From positions 11,160,001-11,224,000 of the forward strand of contig NC_081331.1 in assembly GCF_022539665.2 (NCBI RefSeq): 64,000 nt of DNA, read 5' to 3'. A program made the position numbers and the translations under genes. This DNA is from Daphnia carinata. Taxonomy: Eukaryota. This document shows positions 23,601 through 35,800 of this stretch, one piece after another; positions within the stretch are counted from its first letter, which is position 1; each line of letters opens with the position of its first letter. The notes beneath the pieces were generated by a model that searched no databases, was not told the origin of the DNA, and saw only the letters and a program-made list of their open reading frames with translations.

Positions 23601-25172
23601 AAACAAGATATTTATTATGTAATTACTTACCCCTTAATGACGATGAGTTCGTCGTCGCAGATCCGCTCAGTCGAAACTTCGGCTGCCTCGCCCACCGCAG
23701 AAGCTTCAAAACTTTCTTCGCCTATTACAAAAATAAACTATTCAATACCCTTGTCTTCAAACTGAAAAAAAAATTCTTTTACAGCACTATAATACCTTCG
23801 AGATTAGCCATGGACGAGAGTAAAGTGGCTCCGGTAGCTTTGGCAATGCGCTTCAAGTCTGATTTCTTGCACCGACGAACTGCCATAGCACCTGCCTCCA
23901 CGAAATACTACACAAACGGGAATTGTAGATTGAAATTTTATTCAGGCTTCTGATTAAAGCTAGGACTTTTTTTTTTACCTTGAGACACAAATCATCAATG
24001 CCTCCAGTAGCCAAAATAACGTTGGCTCCGGCGTTGAGGATTTTCTGGATTCGCTCCTTTGTTATATCAGACTCTCGTGCACGAATAGCATCGAGTTTCT
24101 CGGGATCTGTGACGAGAACCTGAACTCCCATTTTCATTTTTGTCTTTTGAAGAGAGAAATCAAGGCAGGCAATCTTTGCATTGGTGATCTTCTTAACCAT
24201 TGCCTGGGAAGCAACCGTGCAATTGAGTGCGTACCCGGTCACAAGTGTGCTTTCTCGAGCACTCTTGCCGTGCGCCTTGAGGACGTTGATCGCTTTGATT
24301 GGATATATAGCTTGGCCTTTGTTGTCAGTGACGCGTACAGCATGGGCGGCGTCAACCACCATGGCGGCGAAGAAGTTTGCGTCGGCGCTGATGATCTTGC
24401 TCGACATAGAGGTCTTGGCGGCATTGATCAAACAGTCCTTTCCAAGCTCTTCAACACTCAAGGTCAAAGTATCTTGAATGTACTTCACAGCTTCCCTTTA
24501 TCAATAAGCACATGGTTATTAGATAAAAGCACACAACAGAGAGTTAAAAAAATTTAGAATTTTTGGTGATATTACTTGCAAGCAAGGCGGTAACCACTGA
24601 TGACTGAGGTAGGATGGATTTTCTGTTTCACTAATTCATCAGCATTTTTCAGCAATTCAGCAGCCACAATAACCTGCACATTTTAGTAAAAGATTGTAAA
24701 AGCTGAACAAAAAAAAGGAATATGGGTAACTAACCACTGAGGTTGTGCCATCTCCAACTTCTTGGTCTTGAAGCTGGGCAAGCTCAACTAATACTTTTGC
24801 AGCGGGGTGTTGAACCTCAAGCAGGTTAAGGATGGTAGCACCATCGTTAGTAATAGTGACATCCTGAGATGAAATGTTTGAAATTTAACAGACGTCACAT
24901 TTTTAAGAGAATAATTTGAAGTACCCCAACATCATCAACCAACATTTTGTCTAGTCCAACAGGCCCAAGAGAGCTTTTGACGATGTTGGCGATAGAACTA
25001 GCAGCCAAAACTAGATAAATGAATAATATATTTAAAACGCCCATGCTAGCCGGTACAGGCGGTGTTCTTTTTCATAAATCCAAATTTTAAAGTGCAAAAA
25101 CTTACCATTTTGGGTACGAACAGAACTGCCGGTCGTACGTTTTCCAGGAAGAGAGAGGCTTGAAGAAAACAT
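20642..25172 (-). CDS. TCP1: T-complex protein 1 subunit alpha (CCT1), multi-exon
   Basis: [82 protein letters not shown] at 25172, stop at 20642-20644. Confidence 0.96.
21848..23536 (+). CDS. Cys-rich DUF4789-like protein, paralog 2, nested antisense in a TCP1 intron
   Basis: Signal peptide [17 protein letters not shown]. Same modules and exon layout as paralog 1. Lies inside TCP1 intron 21335-23630; last exon 23422-23536. Confidence 0.82.
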
Positions 25173-25822
25173 TTCCTAATTTGCTATGAGAACTTTTATT
25201 ATATCTAAATCAATCAACTCTTTCTATGCTCAGAGTGACGTTGAGCACGCTGCACGAGTTCGGGATGACGGACAGAACGTCTAGAACTAGTGACGGCTAC
25301 TGACAAAGCAAAAGAAGTTGCTCTAATGCTATTTTCTGTGCGCCGCCGCAATCACGTGGTTATTTCTAGCTCCAGCATTGGCGATTTGGCGGCATTCGCT
25401 TTTGCTCGTCATATTAAATTCAAATCGTTGTTAATAGCATATTAAAGTGAAAGAAAAAAAAATTAAATCAGTAGTTCTGCTTTTATCAAATGATATCTCG
25501 ATTTTAAACTATCAATAACTTAATTTTTATCAAGCCCTGTAGACATTTTTAGATAGAGGGGGGGGGGGGGGGGGGGTAGGCCGAGAAAGGGTTGCATAGA
25601 ACACGCGGTTCGAGCACAAGACGTCATGAATAAACCAGCATGGTATTGTTAACGTAGTTGAAACTCAGGTGATTCTTTAGGCCTCAGTGGCATTCATAGC
25701 CGTAATTTCATTTTCGGTTTATTGTGAACCTCGGCTTTAAATGTCATGTGTAATGTGACTCCTACACCTTCATTTACCAAGTGAGTCGGCCTCGATCTCT
25801 CGGATACCATTGTCATCCCACC

Positions 25823-26391
25823 ATGGCTGCCATCGACGCAGGACCTAGGAGGCAACGAGGAATACTAGGACTCCTGTGCGGTACTATAAGTATTAGAAAA
25901 AACATACTGGTAAGTAATACAAATTAGAAATGTAGTTCTGTTTGTGCTGATGACTTTGATCGATAATAATCAACGGATGTTTGTGGTATATTCATTAGTG
26001 CATTGGGGACAACAGTATTGCAGAGAGTGAGACAACGGATCGATGTGGCGTGCCAGATAACCAGCAGCAACCGGATATCGAGATTCCATATCCGTCTGTC
26101 TGCGACACTGCTGCTGTAACCATACCATCACCTGTACTAGTCTCGAAGAAGCTCGCCGAAGAAGCTGTGGCCAAACGTCGCAATGTTCGTTTTAAGAACC
26201 ATGCTACCGTTATCGAGGAGGAGGAGGAAATTGATTCACAACGCTTTCCAATGGCCGAAACGAACCAGGAACTTTTACTTGAAAGTACTAACACAAGTAC
26301 GACGGAAAAAAAACATAATAGAAGAACTAGGCAAAAAAAGATGGCACCAGCCCCTCCTCTGCCGGGTATCGCTGACAATGCTTCTTACTGA
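25823..26391 (+). CDS. Truncated two-exon paralog of the Cobl-like gene (~159 aa)
   Basis: CCACCATGG start. Exon 1 25823-25909 (MAAIDAGPRRQRGILGLL..) ends at GTAAGT; exon 2 25999-26391 contains PSPVLVSKKLAEEAVAKR and KKMAPAPP. These match the Cobl-like exons at 36763-37074 and 37799-38180, with the same phase-0 intron. Confidence 0.65.
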
Positions 26392-27543
26392 GTTTTTTGG
26401 CCACTTACCGTTAATAACCTAATATTATTAAGTTTACGTTTTTTATGATAAGCCGTTATTAGAGACATTTTGATAATCTTTGTTCACATTGTAAAATGCA
26501 ATCTTGTTATTTCTCATTGAGGAAAGTTTCGGCCGTTTACCGAATATCAGCTTAATTAGCTACTATTTTTAGGTTTAATGGCATTTCTCAATACATCGTT
26601 TGTTATTCCTTCCCACAACTGGTTTGCCCAAAATTCGTGCTGGAGATCAACAAAACACAAGGTGATCGTGATAGCCGATGGAGTAGCATTGGAACATAAC
26701 GCAGTGTACGAAAATTATTAGTGTTGATGCAACAACGAAAGGGAGATACTTGCCCAAATTTAGGAGGTATTTCTGATTTTAGTTCTCAGCATTCGTCAAA
26801 AAACGAACGAAGCTTGTGTTGCTGACGCCCATTCTTCCCACAAAAATGAGCTTAACCATTGAGACACAATGATGTTGCAACAACGTGATGCGCCACTTCC
26901 ATTCTCATCTTGTACACAATAGTTCACGATTTTTCGTCGATGGTAGGAGAATGGCACAACAGACCAGGCGATCTACTTACATCAGTCGGTGTCAACCACA
27001 TCCAAGTCATTCTTATGCTTGCATGTTGGGCTCAATTTAATTGCCGAACTACACGCAGCTTTGAAAAAGGGAAGAAAATCACACATAATTGGTAACATTG
27101 CAGGCCAGAAAGAAATATCTTTCATGTGAATAATTTTCTGTAAATGGTCATTGCCTACCCCGCACAGCGAAGATAAATTAGCCTCAATCTAGGTGGTCTT
27201 CTTACTGCCTAATGACACGGTTACGCAAGGTTAAACCGATTGGGAACTGAAACTAAAACAAGGCGACAACATGTATCGTCTTTCTCTTTTTGTTACCTGA
27301 TATGGAGGACTTTTATTTTTCTTTGATGGAAGTAGTGACTACAATGAAAATAAATCTCGCACTCGAATATGTTTTACTTAAGAAAGAAGATGGTGTAGGA
27401 AATTCCAATTCCAGACACCATGAGATAAGTAGATCATTCTACCTAAAATACGGGATGATTGGAAACTTTAACAACACAGGGAAAAAGAAATCGGTCTGAG
27501 CAAAACAACCAAAACGCGTGACGAAAACAAAAGGTTCCACTAT

Positions 27544-29048
27544 CTAAACCTTGATGGCTTTCATCTTAGGCATTCGCTTTTTGGCCATTCGTTTGGCCTC
27601 CTTTTCCTCCCATTTACGCTGCTTTTCGGGATCATCGTCTTGGAGAATCTTCTCTTTTTCCAGACGACGCTTTTCTTCGCGTCGGGCGGCGGCAGCTTCA
27701 GCTCGGGCCACGTGTGTCGACTTGAGGAAAGCTTCTTCCACCTTTTGACGGTTCTTATCCGCCTTCATTTTGGACTCTTTGCTCAGGCGGAACCGTTTAA
27801 CACGCTCCATGCAGTAAAAGGTCAACATGATGGCCGGCCGGATGTTTTCCACCGCGTCAGCGATGCTCTTACCTGAGGAAAAAGAAGAAAACAAACCATG
27901 TTATTCGGGCTACTTAGTGTACAATCTGAAACCTTACCATTTTTTAAAGGCAAGTTGAAATTGAAGATGAGCATCTTCTTCACCTCAGGCATCTTACTCG
28001 GGGCCGTATCTTCCGTCTGCTTGGGCCCAGAATACTGATCTGAGAAGTGAATGGATTCGATGACTTCTGGGATGTTATTGATGAGTGAGCACACGCGAAC
28101 ATCCAGTAAAGTGGAGGAAGCTTCACCGATTTCCGACATGAGGACAAAATTGGCTGGTAAACCGAACTTGTCCACAGCTGATTTTTTCTCGGGACAATAA
28201 ACGCTGATGTCTGCCATCTCCCTGATAAGTCGGGTGGCTGTCTTCTTGGCAGCTAGGCACATGACGTACGTGTCCATATCAAGATCGTTCATAAAAACTT
28301 TAACGTGCACCTGATCTTGCACTGGCCGGAAGAAGCTCATCACCATTGCCACAAGATCTTGCCGTTTCAAGAGCCGCAGCTCAAAGAGAACGGCTTCACA
28401 AGCAGTTCTACCACTACACCAAAGAAGGTAAACATTTTCTGACTCCTTCAAGAGGCCAGGTTGGCTGTTTTCCAACTTGCCATCATCCCCAACCAAAGCA
28501 AAATTCTCCTGCAGAGGTCCTTTGAAGGCAGCATACCATGTCTCAGCAATTCGTTGATTTTTGCTACGGCCAACAAAGAAGTTGAAGAAATAGAGAACAA
28601 GACCAGCAAGAATCATGAGTTCCAAGTAGTAGCTTTCCCAGTTGGAGCGTAGATGAGCTGGCAGCTGGGCAAAAGTAATTTTGGGTCCCTCGTTCAATTT
28701 GAGATCAGGTTTGGATGTAGAGTCTTTCTCATATCCCTCATACTCGTCTTCATCAACATGTTCAAATTCGTTATCTTCTGTCTCTACAGTTGCTTCTTCT
28801 TCATCAGCTATTGCTGTTTCTTTATATTGTTCTGGAGTTGATGGTTCTTCATGATCGTGAACCATATTTTTCTGATCAGAGGCCACCCCACCAACTACAT
28901 CCTCCACATCAAAATCTTCAAATTCCGCAAATTCATTGTCTTCGATATCTAAATGATTAATTCCTGCGTTTGCTATGTTATACGAGACAAATAGTAGAGT
29001 TAAAGCAAATATAGTAAGCCAGTGAGAGCGGTCGACCGGCGACGACAT
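27544..29048 (-). CDS. CCDC47: PAT complex subunit CCDC47 (calumin), two coding exons
   Basis: Signal peptide, DNEFAEFE acidic region, PAHLRSNWESYYLE, NFALVGDDG, LWCSGR, LKRQDL, IHFSDQYSG, basic C-terminal coiled coil. Intron 27873-27937. Confidence 0.94.
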
Positions 29049-30272
29049 TTTCCTAGTTTAAAAGAGAAGAACGAAAAATTAAGGAAGAGTAAATTATTTC
29101 GATTCCCACAAATATCATACACGAAAAACAAAATGGCTTACTATAGTTCCACTATAAAGGAGCGTATTAAAAAATCAGGGAAAACGATTTGACAGGTGAA
29201 ATTTTGTTTCTATTCAGCACAGAAGCGCCATGACAGTCCACAAATTAATGCCTGGTTGCCTGTTCTAATGGAATGGAGAAAGAACGAGACCAGTTTACAC
29301 GTCAGGAAAAAAAAGGAGAAAACACATAAATCAAGAAAGAAAAAAAGCGGGGAGAACGAATGTGAACAGTTGTAATGGTATTTAGCGTCGGGCATAGACT
29401 TTGGCTCCACAACACGGAAATAATACACGTATTTCAGAGAGAGAAGCTCTCGGTCTAATTCGTTTGCCCGCTTCGTACACCAGCACACAGAGTTTAGAGA
29501 GCGAAATTCCGGTGGACGCGGGCAATCTTGTTAGTAGGAAGTGGTACAAAATTTAATCTTGTTTAGGGACAAATCAAAGTCACTTGACTGTTGAAAATCA
29601 ATAACAACCCCTTCATTATACAAGGCAACGGCGGTTGACTGCAAAACCAACACTTTTCCTGTGCTCCCAAAAGACCAAGAATAATTGTGAAAAACAGCAA
29701 ACTGCTCGTTAATAACGTGAGATGCCGCATCGCGGTACGCTAATAAAATAGATTGGGTCGTTTACAAGTGCTCGAGGCGAATAGTTCGTAGTCAATTGCC
29801 ATGCAACTAAGGTAAAAAAAAACAAAAAAACAAAACAAAAGAAGAACACACTAAATTACTCTTGTGGGCGTAATTTTGTCTTTGAATAAATTACCGGGTT
29901 TGGTTCTATTTCCTATAGAACAACCTTTTCGTTCAGGTTGAAGCGCCCCCTTCTTCGCCCTTCCTCCCCCGCCATTCTGCTCAGTCGAGGCGTAAGAAGC
30001 TCTGCAGGTCGGACGTGTATTTTTCCGCTCTCAGTTGGCGCGGAGCGCGCCACTGTGTGTTCATCTCTAGTAGTGCTTGATCAACAAGTTTTCCTTTTTC
30101 TGGTGGGTAAACGAAAAACAATCCCTTGTGTTACCTGAAAGTTTAGATTTTTGTTATTCAAAAATGTTCTGTCGTCAACATTTCTAGTTCTCCATTCCGA
30201 GAAAGCACAGCACAATTTTTGCAAAATAACTAGGTGTGTTCGAGTGTTTCTGTGTCCTGTGTTCGTATATTT

Positions 30273-30277
30273 TGTGT

Positions 30278-30318
<41 letters not shown>
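30273..30318. repeat. (TG)n microsatellite
   Basis: Direct reading. Confidence 0.95.
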
Positions 30319-30320
<2 letters not shown>

Positions 30321-32869
30321 TGTCTTGTGTAAGTTTTGACGTAGACCCTAAAGGCTTTTTTTTTCGGTCGGGGCGGCAATGACCGCTGGCGCACTACCAC
30401 ACAGCCGTACACGTTAGATGAAGGGGAGGGATGCACCCGAAACACACAACAGTTGTTTTTTAGGGAATGTGAACGCATAGCCTCTCGCAAGACATCGTAA
30501 CAGCTTCCTAACTGTTTTTTTGTTTTCTTTTTCGTTCAGTATTCTCTACGGTATACGAGTTCAATACTAAAATTCATTACAGTTCATTTCCTGGTATTAA
30601 TACCGAAATGTAGCGATTTCAATGCTCGTTTGCTTGGCCGCCATCTTTTTGCCATCTCGTGTCGGTCACCCCATGCTGCGATTGCAACTTTTTTTTTTTT
30701 TCCTTAAAGTCATTATCTTCGTAGGTGTTTGAGTGGCAAAAGATGCAGTGTAATGCCATGCTGGTTTTGAAGACGGTTTTTGGCACTGCATTATTATTTT
30801 TATTTTTCTTTTGATCAAGACACCATCTGCCTCTTTTTTTGTGGTGGGTGTTAGAAACTTCATCTCGGACATCGTGAGAGCCAAGTTCAAGGTCTTTTGG
30901 ATGTTATTGAGACTCCCGAACGAAAAAAAAACTAAGACCGTCCCTTTCGATTTTGACTTTTAAATTAATGTGACATCATCAAGTGCGGAATTTTGACATC
31001 TGGTTGGTGGCAACATGTTCACGTACTGCTCGTGAGTGTGGCGTGACTAATCGAAAAGAAAGAAGAAAGAAAAGAAAGAAAAGACACAAACAACGAAAAG
31101 GTATTTTTATGTTGAAGAGGGGGGGGGCATTGCATTTCAAGGTGACGGGTTGGAATATAATTAAATTTTTCGGTTTGAGCCTCACCAGGTGTGTTAGTGT
31201 TGCAATGTGGGTGGGTAGAAAAAAAATGCAGGTTGTTTGCCACTGACCGGATGGGAAATTGAGGTCGGTATGACCAGCACCGGAAGAAGTTGGGTAGTGT
31301 GAAATATGCGTTTCGAATACTATAGAATTTGTTTTTAGAACGAATAGCTAAACTCAGTTAAATGGAGCATGATTTCTACGAAGATACTAGCAAGATGCTC
31401 TCATTTCGCGTCCTTTGCTACTATAATCGTCGATAATTCCGGTTATTAAGAGGCGCAGCAGGAGAAAGCTGAGACTTGGAAATGGTTACGGGCTATTAGG
31501 TCAGTGTAACTGAAACACGTCCATCTGCGGACATTTTCTTGTTATGGAAGTGAAGACGTTGACAATGCCTTTGGGCAAACTGTTTTGCATCCGAAATCTG
31601 GATATTTTGTCAGTTTTCATTCGGCCCAAAGATCGTGTTCTGCGATGTAGAGCGCAAGAGCGACCATGCCAGTCGGGGCCGTTTGAGAGTCCGAACATTT
31701 TTTTGTTCAACTCTCCGTCTCGTCTTTCATTTCTCAACTTTCATTTCATCAGGAGAAACCTGCAGTTTACGAGAGGAAACAGGTGATGCTTGGATGAGCC
31801 CAGCACAGCAGTTCTTGTATAATAGGTGGATGGCTGTTTTCTGGCGATGGAAGTGGTTGAACGATCACGATTTTAATTGCCAAAACTTGAGAATTAGGTT
31901 AGTTTTTAAGTTCTTAGAACGAAGACAGCTGCACTCTGGTTGAATGGAGCGATTTTTTTTTATTTTGGTACTGGATTCTCGTGTGGAAACACTGCCATCT
32001 ACAGGCAGAAATTTCAATAGAATATTGAACGGGGAAAAAAATATATTCTGCTACGCTGCACTTACATGGCTGATGAAAGGTAACTAAAGCCACACGCGCG
32101 ACGTGAACAAATGCCAAAGAAAACCTAAGCAATCCGATTAAGCGACCGGTTAGAGCATGCACTAGATAAAGTCTTGCGGTACTTTTGTTTTCGAATGTTA
32201 GGCAGTCAGTGAGGCTCTTTGTTTTGATCCGTTACGACGTCCATGCGCTCAGTGGCGCGTATAAGAAAAGAGAATTTCTGGTATTTTATCCCTTTTAACT
32301 ACCCTTTTCCCCTTTCCTTTATTAACTGTAAGTTTCGTTGCGTGCGGTAGAAAAGCAAAATTCTATTCCGACCGGCGTCTGCTACCATTTTAGAAGATGC
32401 ACAGTCACGGACAAGCTCTTCCTACTACTCGATTGTTTTGTTTTTTTATTGTGCGGGTCTTTTTTCTTCTTTATGCCGTTGGATTTTTCTTTTTGTTCTT
32501 AGAAACAAGTCAGAATTGTGCAAATTCGATGAATCGAATCGAGTTATCATGGAATAGAAAGTCAAGTACTGAGATTGGATTACATTATACGTTTTTTTTC
32601 TGGGCTTGTCTCTACCCGTTATACGAACGAGTTTGTTTTTTTTGGCGAGTTTGGATGTCCTAATCTTCTCGCTTTCTCCATTTTCACATTTAAGTTTCAA
32701 AAATAAGTCAGGAAAACGAAGAGCAAACATTGTTATTTATTCTGTGCCCTTTTATTAAATATTTGCCTTTAGGTTTTAAATGGGATAGCCGCAACCCTCT
32801 ACTCAAGTAGAAACATTGCAGCGACACACCCACTTTAAGAGCTAGAGCTAACAGAAAAATAAATACGAG

Positions 32870-35800
32870 ATGAAGATGGTACCGGCCCCACCACCGATGA
32901 CCTCTTCACCCATTATGTCTTCAGCTCACCAACAGTTCGAGGTGACGGAAGACACACCCGTCGACTTCCTGGAGGGATGCATGGAGATTCTAGTCATCTT
33001 CCCCAACGAGAAGAGCATTCTCATGTCTATCCAACGGAGGTACGTTTCCTTGTTTTCTACAAATGATTTTTAATCCAGTTGTTTTAAACGAATGTATAAA
33101 GAGAGTGAAGGAATGAAAAAGAAAAGAGATATCATAGTTAAAAGAGAATAAACCGGTTTGTCGTGACATTCCCGATTTTTGTGTGTGTGCAACGGTAAAA
33201 ATTGTTATGTGAAGAGGCGAATGAAACGGGAGAAGAGAAAGCATTCCTAAGTACAGACGGCCCAACTCACGAGCTGTTATTACTTTTAGGATTGTGACCT
33301 GCAATCGTGATTCAAATCGACTATTGTTTTACTTTAACCTGTACGAAACGCTTCGTTTTGAGTCGTTATTAAATTTGCTGTGCTGTGAAATTAAAACACC
33401 ATCGTGATGTTTTCGTATTTATTTTTTTTGATGCAGGATGCCAATGTTGGATCTGTTGATTCACGTGACGGCGGCCAACAAGATCTCGCCGGCAGCTCAC
33501 TTGCTTCAAGTCACGGACGAGGAGGGCCGGTTCTTGCCCCACAAGCCCAGCACGCCCATCGGTATGCGCACCCAAACACACTGCTTACGACGTAGTTGTA
33601 GAAATTGCCATTCTTTTATCCTCCCTCTCCCACCCCTTCACCAGTTGTCCTGGATCAATATTGGGCTCTTGCGGGTTTATTGACGAGGAAAGAAATTGAA
33701 AGGCAACGCTAATGAGGGGACGAAAGGGACTCGACTTGGCTTTTTGCCTTCTTTTTTATTGCTTTATTTTATATAAATTTTTTGTTGTTTTCATGCCATC
33801 TCATTAGTAAACATACTTGTATACGTGCTCTACATGACAGGTTCGCTGAATGCTCACAAGGTCTACATCCTAGCCAAGAATCGATTGATGTCTGATCGAT
33901 CGGATAGTCGCTCCAGTAACGCGAAATCTTCTTCAGCTTCTCAGTTTGAGCAATCGTTTCGTGTGCAGGTTAGTAAACGTGTTCCAACAAGCATTCGGTG
34001 TCGTGACTAACAAATGAGTCCGTGTCTAATCTTCATCAAAGCAAGAAAGAGAAAAAGAAAATGAAATAGAATATTTTTAGCTTCCGGCGTGAATTCAAAC
34101 GGCGAGTGCTTTTCCAACTTTTCTTTCCGCTCAAGGATGATCTCTTTTTTGAAGAAACATAAATTATTTATGATGTATATATATATTTTTATTATTTTTC
34201 ATTTTTGTTCTTCTCTTTTTGTCCGCCAGGTGCGCCTTCCTCGCAATCAGTTGTTCGTGACCCGCGTGACGGGCCGGACGCAGCTCGCCGACCTGCTTCA
34301 CACTGTGTGCAACGAGAAGGCTTTGGACCCACGACATTATGAGCTCAGACACCCAGGTATATTTGCCATCCCATCTACGACATACCCGTGTGTGTGTGAG
34401 TGTGTGTGTATATATATGTCGGGGGGGTTTATGCTGTAATCCGCAGCCCCCTCCCCAATCGACCTTATAAAAGAGATAGGGCGGTGTAGATAAACAAGGC
34501 GCGGACTATTACCCTACCTTGCGAGGATTTTCGGCTGATAACGTGTGAACTGAAAACTTCCACCTCACCCTCCCCCTTTGCCCGCTGTGGTATTATCGCT
34601 TGTAAAAGCATTGTTTCGTAGTTGCGTGTCCCAATAGCGTCTGCAAATATTAATCAGTTCAAGAACGATTGACGCCTCGTTCGCGTCTGCGCAGCAAAAG
34701 CATTCTCTCTTATCCTCGGGCTTCTGATCTCGTGAAAGGGAGAGAAAAAAAAATTGGCTGCCTCCATACGATTGAGGGCATTCGAGTTGTGGGTGCAGTG
34801 TCGTCAGTACACTCATTCTTCTTCTTTAACTTGTGATTTGTTACGCAGTGGAAGTTGGCCAACAACAACAAACACAACGGAAAAAAACGTTTCGTTTAAG
34901 CAAGTGTACGAGTGCTGTCAGTGTGTGTGTGTGGGTGTGTAAGGTTGGGTTCAAGGTATTTTATCTTTTCGTCTTGAGGGTATCGTTCTTCGTTTCTTCA
35001 CGTAGGGTTACAGTATCAAAGATCAGAGTGATCCTATTGTTCGGCTTGTAATTTGATTGTATTGTTTTGGCACGTGGCCAGCATAGCCACTACTGCCCAA
35101 AAAATCAGCCTGTTTTGTTTGCAGACTCTTTAGTGATTACTTTTGTTTTTCCTTTTTGATACTTTCGGACAAGTTTGTGCTTTGCGTCGTGGAGTCTTTT
35201 TTTTTTTTTTTTTTTTTATAAATATGACCAAAGGGATTTCCGTATTGCGTGTGCTAGTAAGCGGTGCTGAAGTTGATTTACGAATGCCGAACACGACCTT
35301 CACAGTTGGTAACAGTGTGAACTATCCCGGCTCGACGGTGAACGCCCCCCTTGGATGAGTCGCAGCCGAGAGAGGAATGCCTGAACTTACCCTCCTCCTC
35401 GTTCTTCTCTCTTTTCCCCCTCTTGACTTATTCAATGACGTGCCTCGGCAATTTCGTTAGCATGCAATGTCAAAAGACCTCCAGTCAGCTGATTGTGAAA
35501 CTTATTCCGCCTGTCTCCAGTTAAATCTTTCTCATTCGCCAGTTCTTTTTTTTTTTTATTCATGTTTTTTTATCCTTAAAAAAAAATTTAGAAAACAACA
35601 AATGTTGAATATTTTATTCGAACTGCCTTTGGCTCAGCAGTTTTGGATCTCTTTAGGGGTTTCTTCGAGGCCCTTTTTTGCCCCTTTCATCGATCATTAG
35701 CCGACTCTATAGTGCCGTTGGATCATCGTGTGTAGCGCAGGAATTTTTTCCTTTTTCGCATCCATGGCGGGAAGAAAAGATCTTAGGCTATCGTGAAAAC

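Noticed and set aside
25274..25288. Heat-shock element upstream of TCP1 (GAACGTCTAGAAC)
   Set aside because: Spacing does not fit nGAAnnTTCnnGAAn.
25558..25576. Poly-G tract as a regulatory G-quadruplex
   Set aside because: Simple homopolymer with no supporting context; its length is unreliable.
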